Source: Gekko japonicus
Taxonomy: Eukaryota
Length of the DNA: 64,000 nucleotides
Direction of reading: 5' to 3'
Assembly (NCBI RefSeq): GCF_001447785.1
Contig: NW_015176036.1
Coordinates: forward strand, 131,600-195,599
Shown here: positions 12,663 through 24,951 of the stretch, in pieces
Position numbering within the stretch: position 1 is the stretch's first letter
Layout: each line of letters starts with the position of its first letter
Position numbers and translations under genes: made by a program
The notes under the pieces: model-generated
The model's input: the letters and a program-made list of their open reading frames with translations, nothing else
Told to the model about the DNA's origin: nothing
Database searches by the model: none

Positions 12663-14298
12663 ATTGGGACTCTTTCTAATAGAATCTTTGTATGTGGAAT
12701 GATTAAATGTGTAATTAAGTTATACTTAATATGGAAACAAATAAGGAATGAATATATGACAGAGTAGGTTTATGATTAAAGATTTATTTGATATATTTCA
12801 AAGAGTATTGACATTTACAGGAATATTGAGCCTTTTCACAGTGTTTTTTCCTTATATTGTATTAAATTTATGCTGTGAGCTTTTATAGTTTTTAAATCTG
12901 TGGCATTTGAACATCAGGCATCTGTCATGCCATTGTGTTTTGATTCCAAAGCATCTGGAAGAATGGAGACTATCTAGCCTTCTGAACACTATATATAACT
13001 TCTACAACTTCCCTTATGGGATATGGAACCTCTGGAGTTCCAAGGACAGAGTACACGTCATAGTGGAAAAGGTTTATGAAAGTACCTTAGATCACACAAT
13101 GCATATTATCCTTTGCTGTGTTCAACACAGGTGACAAATACTCTTTCCAGACTTTGTATTACCAGTGTGGTAAGTGTATAATTTAAACTAGACCTAAGCC
13201 TTTCTAAATGTTTTCTATTTGATTCCATTTAGTAGGTATGATCTCTGAATGGGGATATGATGGTGGTGGTGGTGGTGGTTGGCTTCAGGAAGTAGAGTGT
13301 CTCCAAAAATAAGCACTGGCGCAGGAAAATGCACAGGTGCATGAAAGTGGTACAACCCACGCTTGCGAATAACAACATGCACACTCACTACAGCTCTTCC
13401 CAAATCCAGAATTCGCCAGCTGCCACTGGTGGGGTCCTGTAAGGGTGCCAGCAAAAGGGAAAACATTTGTTCTAATAGTCACTGCCTTATTTGACTGTTA
13501 ATGAAATACTTCCACATTCACATCCCTTTTTTCTTATTGAGGAGAGGAGCATCTCCATAGCCCTAATGGTGGAGCCTCCCTCTATGTACAGACGTTTTTG
13601 AACCCCTGGCAGTGCATACCAGGTGGAAGGTACAGAACTACAGCTTGGAAGCAAACCACCCAGTTACAAGTTCTTTTAAGAAATGTTCGGGGGGGGGGGA
13701 GTAGTAGTGTAAAGAAAGAAGCCCCAGAGTTGAAGAGCAAAGCAGCTGTTAGTTCCCTTAGAATCAATAATGCTGGTTGGAAAGCTGATATTCTAGAGAG
13801 ATTTAATCCATTTGTCCTAGAAGGAGTGAAGTTGTCTTTTTGAGAGCAGGTTAAGAGCTTGGGGTGCCCAAGCAGTTTCGGGGGGCCCTCAGAGATTTAC
13901 ATGAGGAGCTGCAAGGCTTGCTTATTTGCTAGGGCTTTTTCAAGGATTTGAGTGACAGTTATCTTGTAAGAATGAAGAAAAGGGAAAGATTTGGGGTTTG
14001 TTATTTTAATCTGGTTTAATTGGAATTTTAAAAAACTATTAAAAGCAGCCTTGAACCACAAAGGTGGGATATACATGTAGGGATGCCAGCCTCCAGGTGG
14101 GACCTAGGGATCCCCCAGAATTACAGTTTATCTCTAGACTACAGAGATCAGTTCCCTTGGAGCAAATGGATGTGTAGGAGGCGCCAGCGCTCAAATGATT
14201 TTTTAATTGATTATTGTTGTTTTAAACCTATGGGATAAAATTCTTTGGGTTTTCCCCTGGAGAATTAATATCCTGTTCAAGAACTCTAGAAATACTAA

Positions 14299-14714
14299 GG
14301 TCCCTGCCACACGGCAGGGAAAACACTGGCCAAAGTGCGGCTTTTAAAAGCCGCACCAAAAAAGAGACGCTGTGGCGGGATCCCATGATCCCCTGAGCCG
14401 CGGCGCCATTGCTCCCCGGCACGATCAGATGCCGGGGAGGAAGAGATGATTGGAAGGGGGAGGCTGCCGAACTGCGCATGCTCGAGCATGCGCAGTATGA
14501 CCGGGAGCCGGGGATGCGCCGGCGAAAAGACGCGCCGACAATCCCACGGCCGGCAGTGATGTGGGGTTTGGCCGGGGGGGGGGGGGGGGCGGATTGGGAA
14601 CGGACTGGGAACGGGCGCAGCAAGATTCCCAGATATTGCTGTGGGATTGTGCCCATTTGCTGCGGCCCCAATCCTTCCCTCTCCCGGCCCAAAACCTCTC
14701 ATGTGGACAGGGCC
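14299..14714. mobile_element. PIF/Harbinger-like MITE
   Basis: imperfect TIRs GGTCCCTGCCACACG / CATGTGGACAGGGCC; 3-bp TSD TAA; the empty site (ATACTAAGTAATG) is present in the adjacent array units. Confidence 0.8.
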
Positions 14715-17700
14715 TAAGTAATGTAAATCACTTTTAATTGACATGCTTTCAGCTCTTGTTTTAACGGAAGAAAAGGAGTGTTTGTGATGTAACCTTTTAG
14801 TTGGGAATTATTGCAGCCAACTTTGAAGACCTGTCGAGAGTCCTAGATTTATAGCTATGAGATCCTGCTACTTCAAATAATGTGTTCTTTGAAGTGCAGG
14901 TGTTTTGCTTATTTTACCTAACTTGGCTCGAATGAGCCAGCTAGGTGAAGAGTTTAAAGCAGCTTTTCTGCTCTGAGAAGCAACTTTCAATAAGAGCTTA
15001 CAGTTAAATGAGAGAAGTCCAGATCATGTTTATATTCTAACATATTGAATTATCAGATGCTTTAAGCAATCTCTCTCTCTCTCTCTCTCCCCATTCTTAG
15101 GGTTTCTCCTGGAGAATTAACATCCTGTTCTAGAACTCTAGAAATACTAAGTAATGTAAATCACTTTTAATTGACATGCTTTCAGCTCTTGTTTTAACGG
15201 AAGAAAAGGAGTGTTTGTGATGTAACCTTTTAGTTGGGAATTATTGCAGCCAACTTTGAAGACCTGTCGAGAGTCCTAGATTTATAGCTATGAGATCCTG
15301 CTACTTCAAATAATGTGTTCTTTGAAGTGCAGGTGTTTTGCTTATTTTACCTAACTTGGCTCGAATGAGCCAGCTAGGTGAAGAGTTTAAAGCAGCTTTT
15401 CTGCTCTGAGAAGCAACTTTCAATAAGAGCTTACAGTTAAATGAGAGAAGTCCAGATCATGTTTATATTCTAACATATTGAATTATCAGATGCTTTAAGC
15501 AATCTCTCTCTCTCTCTCTCTCCCCATTCTTAGGGTTTCTCCTGGAGAATTAACATCCTGTTCTAGAACTCTAGAAATACTAAGTAATGTAAATCACTTT
15601 TAATTGACATGCTTTCAGCTCTTGTTTTAACGGAAGAAAAGGAGTGTTTGTGATGTAACCTTTTAGTTGGGAATTATTGCAGCCAACTTTGAAGACCTGT
15701 CGAGAGTCCTAGATTTATAGCTATGAGATCCTGCTACTTCAAATAATGTGTTCTTTGAAGTGCAGGTGTTTTGCTTATTTTACCTAACTTGGCTCGAATG
15801 AGCCAGCTAGGTGAAGAGTTTAAAGCAGCTTTTCTGCTCTGAGAAGCAACTTTCAATAAGAGCTTACAGTTAAATGAGAGAAGTCCAGATCATGTTTATA
15901 TTCTAACATATTGAATTATCAGATGCTTTAAGCAATCTCTCTCTCTCTCTCTCTCCCCATTCTTAGGGTTTCTCCTGGAGAATTAACATCCTGTTCTAGA
16001 ACTCTAGAAATACTAAGTAATGTAAATCACTTTTAATTGACATGCTTTCAGCTCTTGTTTTAACGGAAGAAAAGGAGTGTTTGTGATGTAACCTTTTAGT
16101 TGGGAATTATTGCAGCCAACTTTGAAGACCTGTCGAGAGTCCTAGATTTATAGCTATGAGATCCTGCTACTTCAAATAATGTGTTCTTTGAAGTGCAGGT
16201 GTTTTGCTTATTTTACCTAACTTGGCTCGAATGAGCCAGCTAGGTGAAGAGTTTAAAGCAGCTTTTCTGCTCTGAGAAGCAACTTTCAATAAGAGCTTAC
16301 AGTTAAATGAGAGAAGTCCAGATCATGTTTATATTCTAACATATTGAATTATCAGATGCTTTAAGCAATCTCTCTCTCTCTCTCTCTCCCCATTCTTAGG
16401 GTTTCTCCTGGAGAATTAACATCCTGTTCTAGAACTCTAGAAATACTAAGTAATGTAAATCACTTTTAATTGACATGCTTTCAGCTCTTGTTTTAACGGA
16501 AGAAAAGGAGTGTTTGTGATGTAACCTTTTAGTTGGGAATTATTGCAGCCAACTTTGAAGACCTGTCGAGAGTCCTAGATTTATAGCTATGAGATCCTGC
16601 TACTTCAAATAATGTGTTCTTTGAAGTGCAGGTGTTTTGCTTATTTTACCTAACTTGGCTCGAATGAGCCAGCTAGGTGAAGAGTTTAAAGCAGCTTTTC
16701 TGCTCTGAGAAGCAACTTTCAATAAGAGCTTACAGTTAAATGAGAGAAGTCCAGATCATGTTTATATTCTAACATATTGAATTATCAGATGCTTTAAGCA
16801 ATCTCTCTCTCTCTCTCTCTCCCCATTCTTAGGGTTTCTCCTGGAGAATTAACATCCTGTTCTAGAACTCTAGAAATACTAAGTAATGTAAATCACTTTT
16901 AATTGACATGCTTTCAGCTCTTGTTTTAACGGAAGAAAAGGAGTGTTTGTGATGTAACCTTTTAGTTGGGAATTATTGCAGCCAACTTTGAAGACCTGTC
17001 GAGAGTCCTAGATTTATAGCTATGAGATCCTGCTACTTCAAATAATGTGTTCTTTGAAGTGCAGGTGTTTTGCTTATTTTACCTAACTTGGCTCGAATGA
17101 GCCAGCTAGGTGAAGAGTTTAAAGCAGCTTTTCTGCTCTGAGAAGCAACTTTCAATAAGAGCTTACAGTTAAATGAGAGAAGTCCAGATCATGTTTATAT
17201 TCTAACATATTGAATTATCAGATGCTTTAAGCAATCTCTCTCTCTCTCTCTCTCCCCATTCTTAGGGTTTCTCCTGGAGAATTAACATCCTGTTCTAGAA
17301 CTCTAGAAATACTAAGTAATGTAAATCACTTTTAATTGACATGCTTTCAGCTCTTGTTTTAACGGAAGAAAAGGAGTGTTTGTGATGTAACCTTTTAGTT
17401 GGGAATTATTGCAGCCAACTTTGAAGACCTGTCGAGAGTCCTAGATTTATAGCTATGAGATCCTGCTACTTCAAATAATGTGTTCTTTGAAGTGCAGGTG
17501 TTTTGCTTATTTTACCTAACTTGGCTCGAATGAGCCAGCTAGGTGAAGAGTTTAAAGCAGCTTTTCTGCTCTGAGAAGCAACTTTCAATAAGAGCTTACA
17601 GTTAAATGAGAGAAGTCCAGATCATGTTTATATTCTAACATATTGAATTATCAGATGCTTTAAGCAATCTCTCTCTCTCTCTCTCTCCCCATTCTTAGGG

Positions 17701-20700
17701 TTTCTCCTGGAGAATTAACATCCTGTTCTAGAACTCTAGAAATACTAAGTAATGTAAATCACTTTTAATTGACATGCTTTCAGCTCTTGTTTTAACGGAA
17801 GAAAAGGAGTGTTTGTGATGTAACCTTTTAGTTGGGAATTATTGCAGCCAACTTTGAAGACCTGTCGAGAGTCCTAGATTTATAGCTATGAGATCCTGCT
17901 ACTTCAAATAATGTGTTCTTTGAAGTGCAGGTGTTTTGCTTATTTTACCTAACTTGGCTCGAATGAGCCAGCTAGGTGAAGAGTTTAAAGCAGCTTTTCT
18001 GCTCTGAGAAGCAACTTTCAATAAGAGCTTACAGTTAAATGAGAGAAGTCCAGATCATGTTTATATTCTAACATATTGAATTATCAGATGCTTTAAGCAA
18101 TCTCTCTCTCTCTCTCTCTCCCCATTCTTAGGGTTTCTCCTGGAGAATTAACATCCTGTTCTAGAACTCTAGAAATACTAAGTAATGTAAATCACTTTTA
18201 ATTGACATGCTTTCAGCTCTTGTTTTAACGGAAGAAAAGGAGTGTTTGTGATGTAACCTTTTAGTTGGGAATTATTGCAGCCAACTTTGAAGACCTGTCG
18301 AGAGTCCTAGATTTATAGCTATGAGATCCTGCTACTTCAAATAATGTGTTCTTTGAAGTGCAGGTGTTTTGCTTATTTTACCTAACTTGGCTCGAATGAG
18401 CCAGCTAGGTGAAGAGTTTAAAGCAGCTTTTCTGCTCTGAGAAGCAACTTTCAATAAGAGCTTACAGTTAAATGAGAGAAGTCCAGATCATGTTTATATT
18501 CTAACATATTGAATTATCAGATGCTTTAAGCAATCTCTCTCTCTCTCTCTCTCCCCATTCTTAGGGTTTCTCCTGGAGAATTAACATCCTGTTCTAGAAC
18601 TCTAGAAATACTAAGTAATGTAAATCACTTTTAATTGACATGCTTTCAGCTCTTGTTTTAACGGAAGAAAAGGAGTGTTTGTGATGTAACCTTTTAGTTG
18701 GGAATTATTGCAGCCAACTTTGAAGACCTGTCGAGAGTCCTAGATTTATAGCTATGAGATCCTGCTACTTCAAATAATGTGTTCTTTGAAGTGCAGGTGT
18801 TTTGCTTATTTTACCTAACTTGGCTCGAATGAGCCAGCTAGGTGAAGAGTTTAAAGCAGCTTTTCTGCTCTGAGAAGCAACTTTCAATAAGAGCTTACAG
18901 TTAAATGAGAGAAGTCCAGATCATGTTTATATTCTAACATATTGAATTATCAGATGCTTTAAGCAATCTCTCTCTCTCTCTCTCTCCCCATTCTTAGGGT
19001 TTCTCCTGGAGAATTAACATCCTGTTCTAGAACTCTAGAAATACTAAGTAATGTAAATCACTTTTAATTGACATGCTTTCAGCTCTTGTTTTAACGGAAG
19101 AAAAGGAGTGTTTGTGATGTAACCTTTTAGTTGGGAATTATTGCAGCCAACTTTGAAGACCTGTCGAGAGTCCTAGATTTATAGCTATGAGATCCTGCTA
19201 CTTCAAATAATGTGTTCTTTGAAGTGCAGGTGTTTTGCTTATTTTACCTAACTTGGCTCGAATGAGCCAGCTAGGTGAAGAGTTTAAAGCAGCTTTTCTG
19301 CTCTGAGAAGCAACTTTCAATAAGAGCTTACAGTTAAATGAGAGAAGTCCAGATCATGTTTATATTCTAACATATTGAATTATCAGATGCTTTAAGCAAT
19401 CTCTCTCTCTCTCTCTCTCCCCATTCTTAGGGTTTCTCCTGGAGAATTAACATCCTGTTCTAGAACTCTAGAAATACTAAGTAATGTAAATCACTTTTAA
19501 TTGACATGCTTTCAGCTCTTGTTTTAACGGAAGAAAAGGAGTGTTTGTGATGTAACCTTTTAGTTGGGAATTATTGCAGCCAACTTTGAAGACCTGTCGA
19601 GAGTCCTAGATTTATAGCTATGAGATCCTGCTACTTCAAATAATGTGTTCTTTGAAGTGCAGGTGTTTTGCTTATTTTACCTAACTTGGCTCGAATGAGC
19701 CAGCTAGGTGAAGAGTTTAAAGCAGCTTTTCTGCTCTGAGAAGCAACTTTCAATAAGAGCTTACAGTTAAATGAGAGAAGTCCAGATCATGTTTATATTC
19801 TAACATATTGAATTATCAGATGCTTTAAGCAATCTCTCTCTCTCTCTCTCTCCCCATTCTTAGGGTTTCTCCTGGAGAATTAACATCCTGTTCTAGAACT
19901 CTAGAAATACTAAGTAATGTAAATCACTTTTAATTGACATGCTTTCAGCTCTTGTTTTAACGGAAGAAAAGGAGTGTTTGTGATGTAACCTTTTAGTTGG
20001 GAATTATTGCAGCCAACTTTGAAGACCTGTCGAGAGTCCTAGATTTATAGCTATGAGATCCTGCTACTTCAAATAATGTGTTCTTTGAAGTGCAGGTGTT
20101 TTGCTTATTTTACCTAACTTGGCTCGAATGAGCCAGCTAGGTGAAGAGTTTAAAGCAGCTTTTCTGCTCTGAGAAGCAACTTTCAATAAGAGCTTACAGT
20201 TAAATGAGAGAAGTCCAGATCATGTTTATATTCTAACATATTGAATTATCAGATGCTTTAAGCAATCTCTCTCTCTCTCTCTCTCCCCATTCTTAGGGTT
20301 TCTCCTGGAGAATTAACATCCTGTTCTAGAACTCTAGAAATACTAAGTAATGTAAATCACTTTTAATTGACATGCTTTCAGCTCTTGTTTTAACGGAAGA
20401 AAAGGAGTGTTTGTGATGTAACCTTTTAGTTGGGAATTATTGCAGCCAACTTTGAAGACCTGTCGAGAGTCCTAGATTTATAGCTATGAGATCCTGCTAC
20501 TTCAAATAATGTGTTCTTTGAAGTGCAGGTGTTTTGCTTATTTTACCTAACTTGGCTCGAATGAGCCAGCTAGGTGAAGAGTTTAAAGCAGCTTTTCTGC
20601 TCTGAGAAGCAACTTTCAATAAGAGCTTACAGTTAAATGAGAGAAGTCCAGATCATGTTTATATTCTAACATATTGAATTATCAGATGCTTTAAGCAATC

Positions 20701-21281
20701 TCTCTCTCTCTCTCTCTCCCCATTCTTAGGGTTTCTCCTGGAGAATTAACATCCTGTTCTAGAACTCTAGAAATACTAAGTAATGTAAATCACTTTTAAT
20801 TGACATGCTTTCAGCTCTTGTTTTAACGGAAGAAAAGGAGTGTTTGTGATGTAACCTTTTAGTTGGGAATTATTGCAGCCAACTTTGAAGACCTGTCGAG
20901 AGTCCTAGATTTATAGCTATGAGATCCTGCTACTTCAAATAATGTGTTCTTTGAAGTGCAGGTGTTTTGCTTATTTTACCTAACTTGGCTCGAATGAGCC
21001 AGCTAGGTGAAGAGTTTAAAGCAGCTTTTCTGCTCTGAGAAGCAACTTTCAATAAGAGCTTACAGTTAAATGAGAGAAGTCCAGATCATGTTTATATTCT
21101 AACATATTGAATTATCAGATGCTTTAAGCAATCTCTCTCTCTCTCTCTCTCCCCATTCTTAGGGTTTCTCCTGGAGAATTAACATCCTGTTCTAGAACTC
21201 TAGAAATACTAAGTAATGTAAATCACTTTTAATTGACATGCTTTCAGCTCTTGTTTTAACGGAAGAAAAGGAGTGTTTGTG
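14715..21281. repeat. tandem array, 433-bp unit, 15 full copies plus a partial copy
   Basis: AAGTAATGTAAATC recurs at 14716, 15149, 15582 ... 21211 (15 x 433); units look identical, including the (CT)9 tract; diverged partial unit at 14240-14298. Confidence 0.97.
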
Positions 21282-21572
21282 GTCATCTGTGCATTCACAC
21301 CACCCGCCCTCCTTCCCCTCTGCTCTCGGCCCTTCATCTTGTTTCTTTGAAGGCTGTTGGGCGGCGGTCAGAAGGAACTGGCGGGATCTGCGTGCCCCTC
21401 CTTGGTCATGCGCAGTGGAGCCGGCGCGTGACCTGGGAGAGGCGCGAAAATCCCTTTTGCTAGCTATCGGTACCGAGAAGGTCAGCGCAGGCGCAGAGTA
21501 TTCCCAAGGGTGTGAATGCACAGATGACCACTCGAAGATCACCAGTTACAGGTAAGCAACCTGTCTTTTGTA
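21279..21572. mobile_element. DIRS-like (tyrosine recombinase retrotransposon) terminal remnant
   Basis: 23-bp perfect inverted repeat GTGGTCATCTGTGCATTCACACC (21279-21301 / 21509-21531) followed by TCGAAGA...GTTACAGGTAAGCAAC, resembling recalled reptile DIRS ends. Confidence 0.65.
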
Positions 21573-22120
21573 GAAAGCTAAAGCTTCAACAATTCTAAGT
21601 TTTGTTAGCTTGAGACAAAAGACTGCTTGCCTAAAGAGAAATCATTATACACAAGCAGGTGTACAAGTGACCCAGCTGACATAATAGAGAAAGTAAGTTG
21701 AAAAGGCTAACGAGGGGAGTATGTCTTTTGAAACTTAAGGGAGGATCCGACTACTAAAATTCAGCCAAAACAAAAGTCATTAAATCATTTGCTAATTAGA
21801 AAAGCACAGGTAGGTATTAGATCGTGACTCTTGGCACCAATTAAAAAGGGTCAGTTATTTGTATTATAGAACAGTGTCTCCTACAGGCTGAACTAAACTG
21901 TGTTTTACAAAGTATAAACTTCAATTTTAGCTGAACAAGCTTCATGAAATAATCAAAAACAATTTTGTAAAATTTCCTGATGAACCAAAATGAATAATAA
22001 TGTATAAATCAATACATTTTGAGAGCTTAATGCTACAAGGTATTTTGAAACACAAAAAGAATTCATGTAAAGAGTTTAATTACGGGGTTGCCAACCTCCA
22101 AGTGGGAGGTGGGGAGTTCC

Positions 22121-23042
22121 AGGCCAAGCCCACATGCTCCCCCCGGACCAGCCCCCCCCGGCTGCTTTCTGTCGGGTTTGGGTTGGGGTGGGGTGCGTGT
22201 CCAGCAGGGGCCGCTCTCTGGCTACCTCCTTGGGCTGCCACGGGCTTCCCCACCTCCTCCTCCTCCACACCCAGCTGGGGCCAGACCCAGCCAAGTCACA
22301 CGGCTGCACCACTGCTGGGGCCAGAAACAGCCAGACGCAGCAACAGCAGCCGTCGCCGCACTAATAAAGCAAATGCGGCAAACATTTCACGGGTTTTTGA
22401 GATCCCCTCGCTCTCTCCGTCCCAAAGAATCTAGTTTAAAAATAATAATCATCCTCCTCCTACCAGCCTGTGGGAATAGCTCTCCCCCTTGGCTCGCCAA
22501 GGAAACACTTGGGCTTTTCTCCCCCCCAGCCCCGTTCCAAAACGACGGGATAAAAAAAGGGGGGACTCCTGCATCCACACCCAGTCCCTGAAAGCAAGAA
22601 GTGCTGCTCAAGTAATTGGGATTCCTTTCCACTGTGAGCCAGGATCCCCCGGGGGGGGGGCATGCGCTAGTCCAATGGTGATCAGAGGGATCTGGCTGGG
22701 CGCGCAACTACTGGAGCGCCTGCGAGCCGAGCGCAGGTGCCTGCAGGAGGAGTGGCGATGGCGCCCCACCAAGCTGCCTACCCTGCCACCGCCGCCACTC
22801 ACCCGCTTGGGGCTTCTGAGCTGAGGAGGAGACCTGCGTGCTGGTGCTGAGCCGGAGCTGCGAGCACAGCCTGGAGCGCTACGAGGCTGAGCTGCAGGAG
22901 TTCGAGGGGTGCCTGGGCAGGGAGAAGGCTGACCAAATGCTCGCCCAGAACCAGCAGGGGGGGAAGGCACATTTCAGCACCCCATCCGGGGCCCCGCGCT
23001 CTAGGTGAATGCCTAGTTCGCCTAGTGGGTGAGCCGGCCCTG
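22121..23042. mobile_element. truncated non-autonomous hAT (CAGGGCCGGC family) with GC-rich cargo
   Basis: right end ...GCGCTCTAGGTGAATGCCTAGTTCGCCTAGTGGGTGAGCCGGCCCTG matches the termini of 29597-30964; left end and TSD not found. Confidence 0.6.
22696..22957 (+). pseudogene. decayed coding-like fragment (charged, coiled-coil-like), source unidentified
   Basis: AQLLERLRAERRCLQEEWRWR...LGLLS, +1 frameshift, then EEETCVLVLSRSCEHSLERYEAELQEFEGCLGREKADQMLAQNQQ; third positions mostly G/C. Confidence 0.45.
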
Positions 23043-24287
23043 GCTGTAGGATGGATGATTGTTTTCACTATGTGGTTTATTGGCTAGCCACACAAGTCAA
23101 AGAACCTTAGCACCTTTAGTGTACTGGCAACAGATACTTTGGAGGGTGGACTCTACAGCATTGTACCCCACTGAAGTCCCTGTGCTTTTCAGGATCCACA
23201 CCCAAATCTCCAGGAGTTTCCAAATCTGGATCTGGCATCCTTCCCCCTCTCATCCCTTGTTGGTGGCTGGGGGACCTGGCAAGCCTATATACATGTTTAA
23301 ATAAATAAATAAGATCGATAAGAACACAAATCTTACTAATTTCAGTGTGATTTAAACGTGCCTGACATTTTAAGGATATGGCCTTTGCGAATAAGTAGTA
23401 CAGAGCCAGAAACACCGTTAAAGAGGGTTTTGTTTGAAAAAAACACATAACAGGAACTTCTGTATTTGCCAGAAATAAAGCAAAACCTTATCACATTTCT
23501 TTCTTATTTCATCTTTGCAACCTCTTCTTTTGTTTCTTGTCTTCAGGCTCCATAGAAATGGGTCTCAGGTTTGTCTGTTGATTGAGGGACACACTGACAG
23601 CGCTGCCAGCCCATTAAATTTCAATTTGCTCAATGCAGACAGCATGCTGAAGAAAGATGGAATCTACAGAATGACTCTCTCTTAGCTGACAGTCAGTTCT
23701 GGCTGTTTTAGTTTGGGATTTCTTAAAGAGAAATTGGCAGGCTTTGCTAAATTGAATTGGTTTTCAAATAATAACAGCACAGATATTTTATAATGAAAAG
23801 TGGGCTAATAATATGCGTTTGGATCCAGACTAGCATTTTTGGAGTCACAAGGAATGGCACTCAGAGCAATTTTCCCATCTCTCCCCCTACAAGACCCCGA
23901 AATGCACCTGCTAACAGGGTTTTGGGGGGGAGGTTGGGCTCCCACAAGAGGCAAAAGGTGGGAAAACTACATTCCACAAGTGGAAGTCCTTGTGCCTATA
24001 GATAACGCCAGTCGGGATCACCCATTAATTGCTGCATCAAATATTGTAATAATTTTGCCTCCGCTATAACATTAAATGAATAAAATATTCTAAAAGGAGG
24101 TACAAATGTTGTAACAATAAAACTATAATTCATTGTTCTAATAATTGTGAATGTCATCTCCAAGTAATAATGCATATACCTAACAAAGGCGTCATAGCAA
24201 CAAAGGCATCAGAGCAGCTGTTATTATATAAAGTGCAAAGCACTGTAACCTAGGAACTGAAAGTAAGGTAAGACTCCGACTTCCGAC

Positions 24288-24495
24288 CAAGGCTCCCTCT
24301 AAGCTGTGGAGTCCTGTGAGCAAATATTCTACATTGTGAGCGACTGGCATTAAAGTTGTGAGTGGGCCATTTGGCTGCTGCATAAATCAGTTTGCTCTGG
24401 AGCCACATCCTTCCCGAGCTAAGACAAAAATATGTGAGCCGGAGGCTAAAAAACTGTGAGCTAGCTCACACCAACTCAGCTTAGAGGGAACACTG
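24288..24495 (+). mobile_element. hAT MITE family C
   Basis: family termini; TSD CTTCCGAC. Confidence 0.92.
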
Positions 24496-24549
24496 CTTCC
24501 GACTCCGACCATCTTTCGGTTATGTTGTAGGTATGTAGGGCTATCTTTC

Positions 24550-24631
24550 GACTATGCTCCTGCAGAGGGCAGGGGGTTGGGCTAGATGACCTGTAAGGTC
24601 CCTTCCAACTCTAACATTCTATGATTCTATG
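24550..24631 (+). mobile_element. CR1 3' tail fragment
   Basis: GGTCCCTTCCAACTCT...ATTCTATGATTCTATG terminal repeat. Confidence 0.75.
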
Positions 24632-24951
24632 GTGGAGCAAACAAAGCACAGTTCTAATTTTGCATGATGCATTTCATTGTAAACTGCATCAAGAACTTTG
24701 GCTGAGAGCTGGTCTCTGCATAATTTAAAGAAACAACTCGAGTCTATGCTTTTAAAATGCTTTCTGGCTAAATCAGGCCACTTGGAAGGTAGATATGGTA
24801 TCCAATTCAGTAAGATGCTCCTCCTTCTAGGGGCTGGAATACATTTGCATAGAAATCTGGCTTGCTCATAATCTGATGGTACAGTCATGTGGAAAATATG
24901 TTGTAAAATGGCTCCCCAAAGTAGAATGGGGTGATATAAGATAATTACAAG

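Noticed and set aside
13151-13169. 19-nt micro-exon (ctttccAG ... GTAAGT)
   Set aside because: Good-looking sites, but it would shift the frame and there is no other support.
14715-21281. Array as a CRISPR, snoRNA or other RNA-gene cluster
   Set aside because: No variable spacers, and no convincing C/D, H/ACA or Pol III boxes. The unit has several 6-8 bp hairpins, but I cannot show these exceed chance.
23540-23760. Possible conserved enhancer (repeat-free, two TGACAG motifs)
   Set aside because: Short motifs only; conservation cannot be judged without alignments.
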